The notes below the pieces were generated by a model that was not told the origin of the DNA, ran no database searches, and saw nothing but the letters and a program-made list of their open reading frames with translations. From Paraspadella gotoi (taxonomy: Eukaryota; Animalia; Chaetognatha), in NCBI GenBank assembly GCA_051294375.1, contig CM119266.1, forward strand, positions 27,080,718-27,144,717: DNA of 64,000 bases, in the 5' to 3' direction. Below, piece after piece: positions 63,161 to 64,000 of this stretch (positions are counted from its first letter, which is position 1; every line of letters begins with the position of its first letter). The translations under genes were made by a program, and so were the position numbers.

Positions 63161-64000
63161 ATTGAAGGTAGGCGAGATCCTATTCTTTTAAGATATTTTT
63201 TTTAAATCGAAAGAGATTAAAAGTCCATAAAAAAGAAGAGAAAGACAAAAAGGGGGGAAAAAGTTTCGAGTTATAACAAAGAGGTTGTGAATTTCGATAA
63301 AAAAATACACGTAATGGACGACCTGACCAGCGACGACATGGCGATGAACCTTCAGTAGTGATTGAATATTAACCACCGACGTTGATTATCATGCATTAAT
63401 TATCAAAAATAGACATAGTTGTCACTGTTATTTTTGAATTTATAGTAACAACAACAACAACTACCGCAACTGCGGTTATTTCAAACTCAGGTGAAAGAGA
63501 CTTGCGAAGACGAGGTCGTCTTGGGCGACGAACAGCTGCGCCTCACCTTTTTTTTCCTTCGATACCTTAGTACTTTGAATACCAGAATGCTCCTTCAGTT
63601 TTAATACTTCAGTACTTATAAAATATTTCTTTATATATAGGCTTTACGCTTAACTTATTCCAAGTCCAATTTTCCTCCGATTCCTTTTTTTCTTTTAATT
63701 TTCACTTTTTTCTTTTTTTTTTTATTCTTTTCTCTAATTTTCTTTTATTCCTTTTCATTTCCTTCTCTTCCCCTTCCCTCACCTTTTCTCCTCTCCGCTT
63801 GAAATAACCTCTCCTTCCTTTTCCTCTCTTTCCTTCCCCTATCTTTATTCCCTTTTCCCTTCTTTCTTCTCTTTCATTCCCTGTTCCCCTTTTTACCTTT
63901 CTTTATTATCCTCCTCCTCCTCCTTCCCTTTGTCTTCCTCTTATGAAAACCTCGTCCATCCTCAATTCCATTTCCTCCTCCTCCTCCTCCTTCTCCTCCT

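Overview
Eukaryotic (spliceosomal-intron) DNA, probably from an invertebrate animal. It is AT-rich, saturated with (GA)n/(TC)n microsatellites and partly unpolished (N gaps, indel noise, two ~4.6-6.4 kb tandem duplications that look like uncollapsed noisy reads). Nearly all ORF-track entries are microsatellite translations. Main content: (1) a 5.9 kb BEL/Pao LTR element (14832-20714) with near-identical LTRs, 5-bp TSD and PPT that encodes only Gag + protease, plus a noisy second copy; (2) the 3' half of an intron-containing flavin monooxygenase of the bacterial trimethylamine-monooxygenase (Tmm/mFMO) type, disrupted by stops; (3) a 9-exon gene for a secreted double-CAP/SCP-domain protein (47526-~54565); (4) a set of tiny non-coding LTR elements and solo LTRs with 4-bp TSDs, two families of which have PBS, PPT and a tRNA-like Pol III cassette in highly structured LTRs (Helenus/Cassandra-like TRIMs), one nested in another; (5) a Tc1/mariner-type non-autonomous element, a DINE-1/HINE-like element and several minisatellites. 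All alignments and translations were done by eye; no database searches were run.
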